From Camelus dromedarius (Eukaryota): DNA of 64,000 nt. Below, piece after piece: positions 38,873-51,400 of this stretch (position 1 is its first letter; the number at the start of each line of letters is the position of its first letter). Made by a program: the position numbers and the translations under genes. Under the pieces are notes generated by a model. It was not told the DNA's origin, did not search any database, and saw only the letters and a program-made list of their open reading frames with translations. Where the stretch lies: positions 48,424,001-48,488,000 of the forward strand of contig NC_087436.1 of the NCBI RefSeq assembly GCF_036321535.1, read 5' to 3'.

Positions 38873-41800
38873 ATATCTCAGAGTTTACATAGGGCAAAAT
38901 GAGATACCATAAATAATACTTGGCAAGATTTTTCGTACATATCTAACTTACTATACGTCAAGTACCGAACAAAATTGGGAGAACAACAACAACAAAAAAC
39001 CAGGATATACATAATTCTAACCTTCAAGAAGCTCACAGTATAGTGGGTTACATAATGGCAAGATATTTTCTATATCCTTAGGAATGATTTTTATGATTTC
39101 TTAAGAGTGAAAAATATAATAAATAATAAAAATACAAATTATAGATATTGATGTTAAAAATATACTTAGATAATTTGGCTAAGCCAAACACTAATTTCTT
39201 TTACTATGGTATATAATAGTATACAGTCCATGGGGGTGATATTAATATATTTACATTAATTCTAAATTTCTGAGGACTCGTATAACAGTTCTCAGCTCTA
39301 GCTCAGAAGACAAAGCAATCCAGAATGGAGTGTACATACCATTTTATCAGAGGCACACAACTAGCCAAGAATATCAAGAAAAAATTGCTTTATGAGAATG
39401 ATGTAAATTGTTCTGGTTTAAGAGAAAAAAGAAAAATTCACTGAATGCTTTCTGCTCAGTGTTGCTGTGAACCTAAAACTACTATCTTAAAATTAATCTA
39501 TTAAAAAAAGTCACTTAACCACAAACTCAAGATCATGTGAATTTGAAACTTAAAAATGCTCTGCATTCTAATTACTTATAAATAAAGTCTTCAGTTGGTT
39601 ACTTAATAATTAATAATATTCCAAGTTTCCATAAATCATCACTCATAATACTTATCACATAATGATGTATTAGGTTACTTTTAACTATTTTACCTACCAC
39701 AATATCAATGACAATTCCACTACAAAGGAAGCCTCATTAAAAGAGGAAAGCAAATATCTTTTGCTAATACAATCATTTCTCTGGCAATAATTAAGTTTTC
39801 TTGGCAAAGCAAATCTTAGGAATGACTAGAAAACATACCAGCTATTAACAAGTGTCTACTTTTTCTCTATTCCTAGATAATCATTTTCTTGGCAATATTA
39901 TTCATGTGCCAATATTATAATATGTCTTATGAGATACTCTGGATTAACTTCTAATTGGGTCTATATGTTGACAAAAACTTTCTCAAATGCCAAGAACTAT
40001 TTATTGTTCTTAGAATTAGAAGCTCTGGAAACAGGTTTTCTAGTACTTGTTAATTAACTGTCATTTAAACTTTCTAAAAGTATAACTAGAATGCATAAGT
40101 TCATGTCAATGTTTTCTTCTAATACACAGATGATTGACAGCACTGGCAGAAGAGCATAGTTTTTTTAAAAAGTACTAACAGCCAAAAAAATCTTGGTTGA
40201 ATCACATTCCTAGGCTGTGTGACCTTGGTAAAGTTACTTTACTTCTCTATGCTTCATTTTCTTACTTATAAAATAAAGATATTTTCACCTGATTTCACTT
40301 CCTACTTTCTTGGCATCATCTTTTAGGGCTTCTTTTTCTTGACTTTTCCCTTTAATGTCAATGTTCTTGAGGGTTGGTCCTGAACTCTAGTCTCTTTTAG
40401 GGATTATAAACTGTCACCACACAGATCAGGGGGGTCTTTGTGTTCCAGAGTTTACAGTATTTGCAACAACGGAATGTGCAAGCAAAGCAAAACAGACATC
40501 ACCATTCCTTGTAAGTCCATTTATGTCACCTGTCAGGGTCCTATAAACTTAAGTTTATGTTCCCAATTTTACTTATGGTCCCTGATTTTGGTCCATGTAC
40601 CAGGTTTATAGTAGAGAGCAAAATTAAACATGTTGTTTGTATTAGCTTTTGACAAATGAGGGAAACAGAAAACTGGAAAAATATTTTTTAAAGAGGTTAT
40701 GTTTAGGACAATAGTGCTATTTTAACAACATTGTTGCTTAAAGCTCAGACAAATATTTTACCATTCAACCCAGAGCTCATTTCATTACTGTGTGCCAACT
40801 ACTCCACAGTGATTTTCAATTTTACATTGAGTTATCTGCCAAATTTCAAAACTTTAAGATTCCTTAGTCTTCTCAGAGCTTTTAATTTGCTAATATACAT
40901 AGAGTTTCTCACAGATGATAATGTTAACAATAATAACAGGCAACATTTGGAGAGCATTTATTATGAGCTGACTAAATGCTTTACATAGATCATCTATGAA
41001 TACTGTAATTATCTCCATTACAGAGAAGAAAACTTGAGAATTAAAATTAATTTGCCTAAGGTCATATGGCTAGCTAGTAAATGATTGAAACTTAGGTCTG
41101 TCTGATTCTGGACTTCCTTCTTTTAATGCCCAAGCTATAATTTCTGTAAAGGATATAATTATGAAGCATTTCCCAAAGTATTTAGCCACAAAATCCTAAT
41201 AAAGGAATACCTATTAACATTTAATGGAACTAATATTTTCTAAAACAGTTTGAGAATGTTGGCTTAGTCTGTGTCAAAATTAGAAAAAAAAAAAGATTGT
41301 GCAGTTAAAACAGATAAAATATTTCATTGTATGCATGGTAATTACAAATACAAAACATTTATAGATAGAAAAAAGGTACACTGAGTATGTTAAACTGTGG
41401 ATAGTCAGAGTCAAGACATTTTTTTTCTTCTACTAAATTAAAAAAATGATAAATTAAACCTTTTTTAGGATAAAAAGCTTTTGAGAAGTATTACCTAAAA
41501 TATTCTGCTCTTCCACATTAATTTTGTTCTTTTCAACATAATCACCATATTTCATCAAACCTAAAAGCCACAATAAGATGCCTCTAATCATAGAATCATG
41601 TGATGCTGATTTTACCACATACATGCATTTAGACTATATCTTAATCACTGAAACATACACATAAAAGATTACTTCTGAGATTCCTATCATTTCTAAATGG
41701 CTTCCCATTACCTCAGCAATCTCCTCAGTAGTCTTCCCTACTCTGATTTTAAATTGCCAGTAATTTCTTTAACTAACAAGTCCCCTACCCTAGGCTCTCA

Positions 41801-41994
41801 ATGTTAGGAACCAAATACTTATAAAACTATTGCTTTGAAATGGAAGTCTTAAGTGCAAATTTTCATTTTTTCCGTTACAGTATAGAGACCTCTATAAAAA
41901 ATATGGAATTATTTCTCTACTCCCAAAATATCTGAATTTACTGTTTCAGAATTGCAATTAGATAAAAATTTATATTCTTCTTAGACACTCTAAG

Positions 41995-42492
41995 TACTGC
42001 ATTTCATCAAATCTAAGATGCTATCAATTGTAAAACAGCTCTGGTCATAAGATGCTGTATTATTTTACATATCATTAAGAAAAAAACTATGGCTAATTTA
42101 AGTGACCCAAACTATCTTACACTTAGTCACATCCTGTATTATGTATTGAAATGCCTCTTTTAAATTTAGCTCTATTTTAATCTTTTATCACTCTTGTGTT
42201 TCGATGTACTTCTGCATACACAAAAACTTGTAATTTCAATGCTAAATGTCTTTCAAAGGATACTTAAAATAGAGACTAAACTCAACAACTATGTACCAAC
42301 AGTACACATAACTCAACTGATGACAATGTTATCACTTACGACCAAGTTTGCTTAAGTGTGGGCACTGACTATTATGTCACAACTGCTACTCAGTCTGTAG
42401 TGATTTTAAACATCAACAGTTATAGAATACCCCACCATTTCAGAGTTGTAACTATGAGAAACCCATGCATACAAGAACTGATAAACTGTAGT
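41995..42492. mobile_element. Degraded TcMar-Tc2 (Kanga/MER104-like) DNA transposon
   Basis: Left end tactgcatttcatcaaatctaagatgc resembles the Tc2-type TIR; a similar end occurs at ~41544. Confidence 0.5.
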
Positions 42493-42954
42493 TCTTTTAA
42501 TCATGTTTTCCCTCTCTTTTTCTATATCATCCCTATTTTTACCTTCGAAACTTCTTTCCTCCATTGGTTTTGTAATCTAATTGCCAAATTACCCTATTCT
42601 AAGGACATCTTTATTACAGTTCTACACAATGTAGCACTAGGTTAAAACTCCTGCTAGGATTTAAAATGTGTCAAGTCAGAATTTTTAAGAAAGGTTAACA
42701 ATAAAATTAAATATTTTGAGAACAATACATCCTAGAGACTCTCAAAAAATATACAGCAGTGGCAACCAGCAATAACTCCAGGTGTCTTTCAGTAATCTTT
42801 GTCACAATATAGACAGATCTAAAACTATGCTTTTGTGTAAAAGTTCACTTCATTCTTTTTTTTTTTTTAAAGCTTCTGCTCATGGAAGGCATTCAAATTC
42901 CAGTTCTGTCACTCATTAATTGTGTGACTTTTTCTTTTAATTTTTAAAAAATTT

Positions 42955-43230
42955 TAAGTTTTTTTATTGAGGTATAATTGACAAGATAAATTAGTTTCAG
43001 ATGTACAACATAATGATGCAATATTTGTACACATTGCAAGATGATCACTACAACAGTCCAGTTAACATCCTTCTCCATACAGAGTTACAAAATGTTCTTC
43101 CTGTGGTAAAAACCTTCAAGATCTACTCTCCTAGCTATTTTCTAATATGCAATACAGTATTATTACTATAGTCATCATACTGTACATTATATCCCCATGA
43201 CTTACTCATTTTACAACTGGAAATTTGTAT
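42955..43230 (-). mobile_element. L1 3' end fragment
   Basis: tttattgaggtataattgaca...gtttcagatgtacaacataatg...aagatctactctcctagc...atccccatgacttactcattttacaactggaaatttgta. Confidence 0.8.
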
Positions 43231-43819
43231 TTATTATTGATTATTATTATTATTTTTTTACTCAGCAGGGAGCCTTTCTCTCCTTTACTATGAGGACACT
43301 GGGGATCATAGAGGGTTTAAGGGATGGCAATGAGAAAACATGTATTCCAGACACTACGGCCATTAACACAAAAAAACTTTTTGTCCAGTGATATATACAT
43401 AAAATGTTTACAGGGTCATGTCCAGGTCTCCCATGACCCTCTTACCAAACAAGGTCATCTTTTACCTGGCTCAGATTTTCTTCAATAGGATTTAACCAAA
43501 TCTATCCATCCACAGATGACTCACCACTATCTCTCTCCCATGTCTTATCCAAGCACACAGTTAACAACAGTAGCCACTACTTTAATGTGCCAGGCACATT
43601 ACATACATTGTCATTTAATCTTTACAACCAACATTTCCAGTTTATAGATAAACTCAGAGAAGTTATAGGAGTTGTCTAAGTCCATATGAATATTAAATGG
43701 TAAAGCTATGGTTTTAACTTGTGTTTGTCAGTCCAAAACTCACACTACAAGTCATTTTTAGTCTTTCCAAAACCTAATTAAAGAAAATTAACTCACCATC
43801 CTTTAATATTCTTGTATAT

Positions 43820-44520
43820 CTAAATTGAGAGCACTAAGAATCTGACTGGCCATTTCCTACCACCCCTAGTCAAGCCACCATCGTGTCTCCTCTGGAATTC
43901 CATAAAAGCCTCCTAACTGGTCTTTCTTCCACCCTATTCCCTTCAGTTTATTCTTGAGAGCAGCCAGAGAGATCTTTTAAACTAGGAAGTCAGATTATAC
44001 CACCCCACTGCTCAAAACACACCAAAGGCTTAGATGCCCTCAAGATCCTCCATAGCCAGTTCCTGCTCTCTGATTCTCCAGTTCTTACCCCTTCACTCAG
44101 CTCTGATCTATAGACTTCCTTGTTGTTTCCTTGCTGTTCAGAAAACTTTCTACTTCATTGCCTTTGCAATGTCTGGTCCCTCTGCCTGACTGCACTTCCC
44201 TTTAATTCTCCTGCTTCTGCCAGGTCTTTACTCAAGTCATCTTTTCACTGAAACCGTTCCTGGCCACACTAAAATTTCAACTTATATCCTCCTTCCCTGC
44301 TTTCCTTTCAGCACTCATTACGACCTAAGATGTGCTCTATTTTTCTTAACTTTGTTTAGAATGCGTCTTCCTCAATAAAATGTGAACTACAGAGACAGGA
44401 ATTTTTGTCTTGTTTTGTCCTGTTTTTGTCCTTGTTTTGTTCATTGCTTTTTACCAATGCCTAAAATAGTGCTTGGAACATATGGTGGAAGCTTAATAAC
44501 TACTTATGGAATGAATGAAA
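43820..44520 (+). mobile_element. L2 LINE 3' end
   Basis: caagccaccatcgtgtctcctctgga...agcctcctaactggtct...gcctaaaatagtgcttggaacatatgg...ggaatgaatgaa. Confidence 0.85.
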
Positions 44521-44526
44521 TCCTGT

Positions 44527-44805
44527 CACCGCCCCAGTTCTCTCTCCCTCTCTCTCTCACACACACTGTCCTCATTTCTTTCTCTCTCCCTCCCTCTCTC
44601 TCACTGCCCCAGTTCTCTTTCACACACACCGCCCCAGTTCTCTCTCTCTCTCTCTCTCACCGCCCCCAATTCTCTCTCTCCTCCCCTCACACACACAAAC
44701 ACACCGCCCTCAGTTCTCTCTCTCTCTCCCACTCTCTCTCTCACACACACACTGCCCTCAGTTCGTGTTCTCTCTCCCTCTCTCTCTCTTTCTCTATCTC
44801 TCTCG
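44527..44805. repeat. Compound minisatellite: CACYGCCC(Y)CAGTTC cores separated by (TC)n(AC)n
   Basis: Seven cores starting at 44527, 44564 (degenerate), 44602, 44627, 44658, 44702 and 44750. Confidence 0.9.
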
Positions 44806-45060
44806 CGCAAGTAAACATGCCTGTGTGTATCTTTTCCCTTAACATCCTTTGCCTCGGCCCCGCACCCCATTTCTCAAACTTGGCTCCTTTAAAAGGTCCC
44901 AAGGTCTTCTCTACTTCCTCGTGCCAAGATCCGTGCTCGTGTGAGCAGACTTCCCACTAGTACCCGCAAGCCAGGTCCTACTTCCCAAGGCAAGCATAGG
45001 AAAGGGGACCCCTACGATTGCAATCCGCCTACCCCACGACCCTCTGAGGACATCACTCAC

Positions 45061-45130
45061 ATGAATCGGTGGCCGTGGGGACTTCAGCAGCCCCTGCCCG
45101 GAGCAGGTAGAAACAGCCTCCTGCTCACGA
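45061..45130 (-). other. AIMP1: AIMP1 5'UTR first exon (3' end exact, 5' end approximate)
   Basis: Minus-strand donor CCGATTCAT|gtgagt at 45061/45060; the joined sequence ttcat+gattttctgccg matches the recalled human AIMP1 leader. Confidence 0.8.
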
Positions 45131-45399
45131 CGGCAGTGAGAAAGGACCTAATGGGGTGTCCCCGCTAAATGCCGGAGCGTTCCACAGATTTAACTCCAAA
45201 TTCTGTGGTCCTTTTCCTGTGCGCAACCACACTATCCTCCCCGTCGTCCATTCCCTCAGCCAATAACGCCAACCCTTCTGCACCTCTTCTTCTGTCGCTG
45301 CATTTTGTCGCCAGTTTGGGCAAAGGGCAAGACGCCAGACCTCGGGGTCTTTCCTTACAGTTCCGTCGCGGAGGCTGTGAGGTCAGAGGAAACGGCCAG

Positions 45400-45691
45400 G
45401 CCGAGCAGAGCGAGCGGGGGTAGCTGGGAGCTGTCAGTGAAGAGCGCCGGGCTCGCGCTGCTGGCCTGATTCCGAGCTGGCAACTCCGGCCGACTTAGCT
45501 CGCGGGCAAAGGGCGATCTCCGAGCACCCAGCGCTCCCGGAGCGGCCCCTTTTGTAGAAGCAGCTGAAATGCAGGCCCTGGTGCACTAAGCAGTAGCGGC
45601 AACACGAGCCACAGCGACAGCGCTGGGGCCTTGTGTAGAAGCTCCATCCCCTTGTCTTTGTGTCCGCCTGCGTCCCCAGACCCAGAGGCAG
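45400..45691 (+). other. TBCK: Candidate TBCK non-coding first exon (5' end uncertain)
   Basis: Plus-strand donor GGCAG|gtattt at 45691/45692 inside the CpG island; alternative donor GGAA|gtaagc at 45904/45905. Confidence 0.45.
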
Positions 45692-46689
45692 GTATTTGGG
45701 TTCCCCAGTTTTGTGTCGTAGTGGGTGGGGCTGGTGGGAGGTAGAGGAAGGTCAGATGCAGAGAGCGGCCCAGCGCTTCCGCCTTGAGTGATAGAGCCAA
45801 CCAGTGCTGATGCAGGCTGCTGAGTACCGTCTCCATCCCTCCCTACAGCCCGCCTTCCTTGTACACAGATGAGTGCTTTGGAAACTGTAGGCAGCTCTTC
45901 GGAAGTAAGCACTGTCTGTTTAAAAGGAAGGTTGAAAGAGGAGCTTTAGAGAATGTGGAATCGGCTCTCCATTACTCAACGTAGATTCGAACTCTTGCTT
46001 TGGTTTGTTTCTGATTTTCAAAAGTTAAGTCAGTTGTTGAGATGTGACATTCCCTTGTGCAGTGGAAGAATGTAAAAAAGTGGAAGGAAATTATTTTAGA
46101 ATTGTTAGTGGTTGCTTTTCAAGGCCCCTTGTCTCTTTATTTGGGAAAGGACAACTTTTTGAGGGAAAGTACGTAAAACTGATGAACTGGTATATTAGCC
46201 CATTGAAGAAATGTGTAAACTGTTTTCTTCATAATGAAATAAGCACCTTTTGCCCTATTTTTGACCTTTTTGTCCCTCATTTGAAGCATTTCCACTTCAA
46301 GTTCTTTGAGGGTGGATATTGTTCAATGTGATTGGCCCCAAAGTGGAAAAACACCTAACTTAAAATACGAGCTTCAAGATGCTTGTTGAGTGACTGAATT
46401 TTCAAAACCATCTGCTTAGTTGCTTTTCCTCAACTAATATCTTACCTCAGCTGTTTTTTTCATTAGCTTTCTTCCACTCACCAAGTGTGATCAAATCTGT
46501 GTGTGTGTGTATTTGTTGCATGTGAACCTTTTTGTGTACATCCATCTAAGAGGTATTTGAAGCAGAACACTGATGAAATGTTTTATGCTAACTTGTGTTT
46601 TATATTTTTGAATTATTTGCATTTTCTTTATTTGGTTATTTGGTTTTTAGTTGTCTAAGTAATAGAGGCATCTAATTGAAGATCAAATA

Positions 46690-49600
46690 GGGTGGTCTAG
46701 AAGGATCACACAATAAAGTGCAACAGTTCAGTGTCTTCCTTCCTATCCTCAGTCCTGTTACTTCGGAGATAACCACTTTTAACCTTTTTAGTTTTAGACC
46801 TGTATGTTGAATAAGAAGTTAAACTGCTAATTCTTTTTTTTTTTTAATTGACTACTTAAGATAGCCTACACCATCCATAGCCTCTTGTCTCCAAATTTTT
46901 TAATGGTTATCACAATTTTTAGTTTTCATATTGGTTAGTTTTATAATTCTAAGTAATATATGTAAACGATTTTTTCACATCAACTTTTGAAAATACATAT
47001 ATATGGCTCCTTATTTGATAAAATGAGGAAAGTTGGGACTCTACCTTTTCCTTTACCACTGTAGAAACTACATCCTCTCCCACCTTCCCTTAGATGGAAC
47101 TTTGCTTATACATTGTCAAGGTTAATAGTAGTTACACTGTATTTCTTAACTGCAGTTGGGGGGGAGGTGGTTTGCTTGCCTTATATGCTGTAAAAACCAG
47201 TAAAATGTTACAATATTATGGCTTTGTAAATATTCTTCAGTGCAGAGCCAAGAAGTATGCTGTGATACATTTCCTTCCCAATGTTTTAATTTCATGACCC
47301 CTATGCCACACTAAGGAGAAGACTGTAATATTAATGTCAAATTGATTCTTCTTTCTTCCTCTCCAATATCAAAAATTATGCCATAGTTACATGTGCTTTA
47401 CTGTTTGGATTATATACTTCATATATTTTTGACCCTCCTCTCTTTCACAAGGACTTTTTACTTTCTTTGATGGAAAAAATGCATGTGCTCTGTTTACCAT
47501 GTCCTCTCATTCTTTGTATGAGAAGCTTCCATTCCATTTCTCTGTTTGAAGACATTCACATTAGAACCCAATTACTTTGTTTGGTTTGAACAGATTGCTT
47601 TCTAGTTCTTTTGTACAGCTTCCGTACTGGATTATATTCATTGAATTCTTGAGTAAGATGCATTGTTTCTTAACCCCATATCTTTCATTATTTGGTTTTC
47701 TCCTCTATTTTAGCTGTATACATCCTAAAGAAACTTACTCATAACAGGTATATAAATAGGGGTTTGTTTTTAATGTTTGCATGGCTATAAATATTATTTT
47801 GCTATTGTGGTTGATAGTTTGGCTGAGAAACAAAATAATGTTTCTTCATATCTTTCAGGGCTTCACCATCTTCTAATGTCCATTGCTGTTCATGAAAACA
47901 TGAGAATGCCAGTCTGATCTTCATTTAATACCTGAACTATTTGTTTTCTCTCTGAAATGATTAAATTTTTTAGTTATGTTTGATGCTTGAAAATTTGTGA
48001 TGACATGTCTTGGTGTGAGTTTATTCTCCTTACAACAAACTCATTCAAAGGAGCTAGCGTGGGTTTTTTGTTTTAAATTTCTCAGTGTGTTTTTTTTTTT
48101 CTCATTTATTCTCCTTGAAATTAGAAGCCTTTTAAATTTGAAGGTACATATTTCCCTTCAATTGTGGCGAATTTTCTCCTACTCCATCTTTGACAATTTA
48201 TTCTCCTTTATTTTCTTCTGTTCTCTGTTTTTTGGATAGCCTGTAAGGTGGTTGTTGAATTCTTGGCTTGATTCACTAAGTCTGTTATCTTTTTTTTTTT
48301 TAATCTGTTTGCCATTTTGCTCCATGTTCTAAGCAATTGTCTCAGCTTTATTTTCCATCACTTCTATCTAATTTATTTAATGTATTTAATCATGTCATGT
48401 ATTTAATTTACAAGCATTCATTTTTTAAATTATTCTTTTTTCATATTCTCTTTATTTTGTTTCCCTTATTTATGAAATAAAATTTGCATATATTAAACTG
48501 CATTGATTTTAAATGCCAAGTTTGACGAGTTTTGATACACGTAGACAAACATGTGACAACCACCACACCAATCAAGACATGGAACATTTGCACCATTCCA
48601 AAAAGTTCCTGTTTCCCTGTCCAGTCCATCCCCCAGCCCAAGGCACTACATTCTCATTTTTTATCACTTTAGTTTAGAACTATAGTTCTGGACCTACATT
48701 TAAATACAGCCTTAGAATATGAACTCTTCTGTGTCCACTTCTTCCATCAACATAATATTTTTGACATACATCCATATTTTGGTATGTTTGTTCCTTTTTT
48801 TGTCATTTTGAATAGCATTCCGTTGGTTGAACATGCCATAATTTGTTTATCAATTCACTTTTGTGTAGTTTCCATTGCTTCCAGATTGGGCTGTTATGAG
48901 TAGAACAGTTACAAACATTCTCATACAAGTATTTTTATAGACAAACATTTTAATTTTGCTTAGGTAGGTACCTAGTAGGAAAGGAATTTCTGAGTCATAA
49001 GCTAGGGGTATTTTTAACTTTAGAACAGTTTTCCAGTTTTTCAAAGTTCTTGTGTCATCAGCAGCAGTGTATCAGCTCCAGTTCCACATTTTTCTCAACA
49101 CTTGGTATTGCCAGTCATTCAAATTTTAGCCATTCTGATAGGTGTGAAATAGTACGTTGTTGTGGTTTTAACTTCCACTTCCCTGATGATTAATGATGTT
49201 GAGAACTTTTTCATGTGCTTATTGTCTATTTGTATTCCTCCTTTGTGAAAATATTTGTCTCAGGGTTTTACTTATTTTTGTATTGACTTGTTTTTCTTTT
49301 TATTACTGTGTTGTAGACATCTTTGTGTATTCTGAATATAAGTCTGTTATCATGTATACAAACATACATATACATGTTATACATGTATTTAATAAAATGT
49401 CACATATATAGGTGTAAATAATATTTTCCTTAATTTTGGCTTGGATTTTTATGTTCTCAAAGGTGACTTTTGATGGGCAATGTTTTTAATTTTGATGAAA
49501 TCCACTTTATAAGGTTCATCTTTTATGGCTTTTTTAATACTTCCTGAGAAATCTTTCCCTATCCTAAGACTGCAAAAATGTTCTCTTTTTTTAAAAGAAG

Positions 49601-51400
49601 ATTTAGAGTTTTAGCTTTTACAATTAGGTCTATAATCCATCTCAAATTTTTGTGAATGTAGTAGTAGGATTTGAGTTTTTTTCCCATATAGGTATCTTGT
49701 TCCAGTACTATTTGCTAAAAATACTGTCCTTTTCCTACTGAATTCCTTGTTGTTGAAATTCTTTTGTTGAAAATCAATTTATTGTATTTAAAATGTTTTT
49801 AAAATTGAATTTTTAAAAATTTTATAAAATATTTAGCACATACATATAAATAGAGATATAGACTGTGGAAATTATGGAACATAATAATAATATGAACACC
49901 CATTTAACCCATCAATTAAGAACTAGGATATTACTCAAGATTTTTGAAGCTTATGGGTTTTCCCTAATCTCACCCCTGCTTTTCATATAGTAGTAACCCT
50001 ATCTTCAAGTGTTTTTTTTTTTTAATTCCTTTAGGTTTTGAATATATTCTTACCTCATATGTAAGTATTCCTGAATTATTTACTATTTAGCTTTTCTTGT
50101 TTTTAAATTTTCTGGATATTAGTGTAAGTTTTGTGACTTATTTTATACTTAATGTTATATTTCTAGGATTCATCTATGCTGTTAAATGTTGTTATAGTTA
50201 GCTTATTTTCCATCCTTTATGCTCTTTCATCAGATGCAGGTACCACACTTTATTTAGCTATTCACCTGTCTTTGGTCATTTAAGTTGTTTCCAGTTGGGA
50301 GACAATAGGAACAATACCACTTTGATATTTTTTTGATGTTTCTGCTTGTGTATGTGTGTAGGAGTTTCTGCAGGAGTGGACCAGCAAAATAGTATCACAC
50401 TGTTTTTCAAAGTGATTGTACCAGTTTGCATTCTATTTCTCGACAACCACCTAACATTACATTCTTAATTTTTACTGTTTCACAGGTGTAAATACTCTTA
50501 TGGTTTGAATGAAAATTTCTTAAATATTAATGAAGTTGTTTATCTTCTCATATCTATAGGCAACTATTTTTTAATTCTTTCTTGAAATATGTTTTTTCCA
50601 TACCTCCTATTTTATATAATGAATGTACTATCTTTTCAAAAGTTTCTAAAAATATTAGAGTTGGTTTTGGTTTGGTTTTTTTTTAATGAATTTTTTTCAG
50701 TTGACTCAGAGCAGATTTTTTTTTCAGTTTGTTTTATTTTTTGCTTTTTATGCTATAGTCTCTCTTCAACTACCTGATGATTCCTGAACAGTTCATTATT
50801 TAAGAGTTAAGAAAGGCTTCCTGGGAGGTTTCCGTATATGGAAAGTCTTGTTGATCGGGTGTACCCTGTTTTAGGATGGCTGGATCGATGGATCTTAACT
50901 AGGATCTTACAAATTCCAGAAAAGCAGTTTGCTTTTGTCAGCAGTGCCTATACCAGCTATTTATTGTAATTCTCACACAGTTCTTTTCCCCCCTTTAGGG
51001 AAGAGCCTCTCTTTTTTTTGGCTTGAAGCTTAAACAACTGGCCAGTATTGGGGTGCTGGTAAGGAGAGTTGACTCTTCTGTTCTTCAGCCCTTCGGATTA
51101 TCTTTCTCATTTCAAACGTTCTTCTGACTGCTGTTCACCATTGTTCCTGCCTTCTCTGAATCCAAAGCCTCTGACTCTGAAGAGGCTGACCAAACCTCCT
51201 GAGTATGTTATAGGCTGTAGCTTCCTTCTTTCTGTTTCCTGTAGCAGTACTCTTCCATATGCACAGTGCTTTACTGGAGTTTCTTGAAGTCTTTCATTAG
51301 CTCCTGGCCTTTTTCTGTCCTCTTCCTTGTTGAGTTTATACATTTGAAAACAGTTCTTTTTAATGTTTTGATGAGGTTTCTGGGCAGACGTATGTGAAAA
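46690..51400 (-). mobile_element. Cluster of nested old L1M fragments (clearest piece ~48455-49770, L1MB-like)
   Basis: T-rich antisense L1 motifs, e.g. ttttagccattctgataggtgtgaaatagtacgttgttgtggttttaac and caccaatcaagacatggaacatttgcaccattccaaaaagttcc. Confidence 0.7.

Larger units (their letters stand above)
44800..45920. promoter_or_regulatory. CpG-rich bidirectional promoter / first-exon region of AIMP1 (-) and TBCK (+)
   Basis: The only GC/CpG-rich kilobase in the window, lying between two divergently oriented CDSs; ETS-like gcttccgc (~45775) and cggaagt (45900-45906). Exact TSSs cannot be read from sequence. Confidence 0.85.

Noticed and set aside
44527..44805. CRISPR-like repeat-spacer array
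   Set aside because: Cores are only 14-15 bp, spacers are low-complexity microsatellite, there are no cas genes and the context is eukaryotic.
44382..44960. 192-aa ORF (longest in the track) and overlapping ORFs
   Set aside because: Open only because TC/AC repeats lack stop codons; the start lies in an L2; the product is S/L/H/T low-complexity.
44941..45912. Several 75-113 aa ORFs in the CpG island
   Set aside because: Expected from stop-codon scarcity in GC-rich DNA; no recognisable domains.
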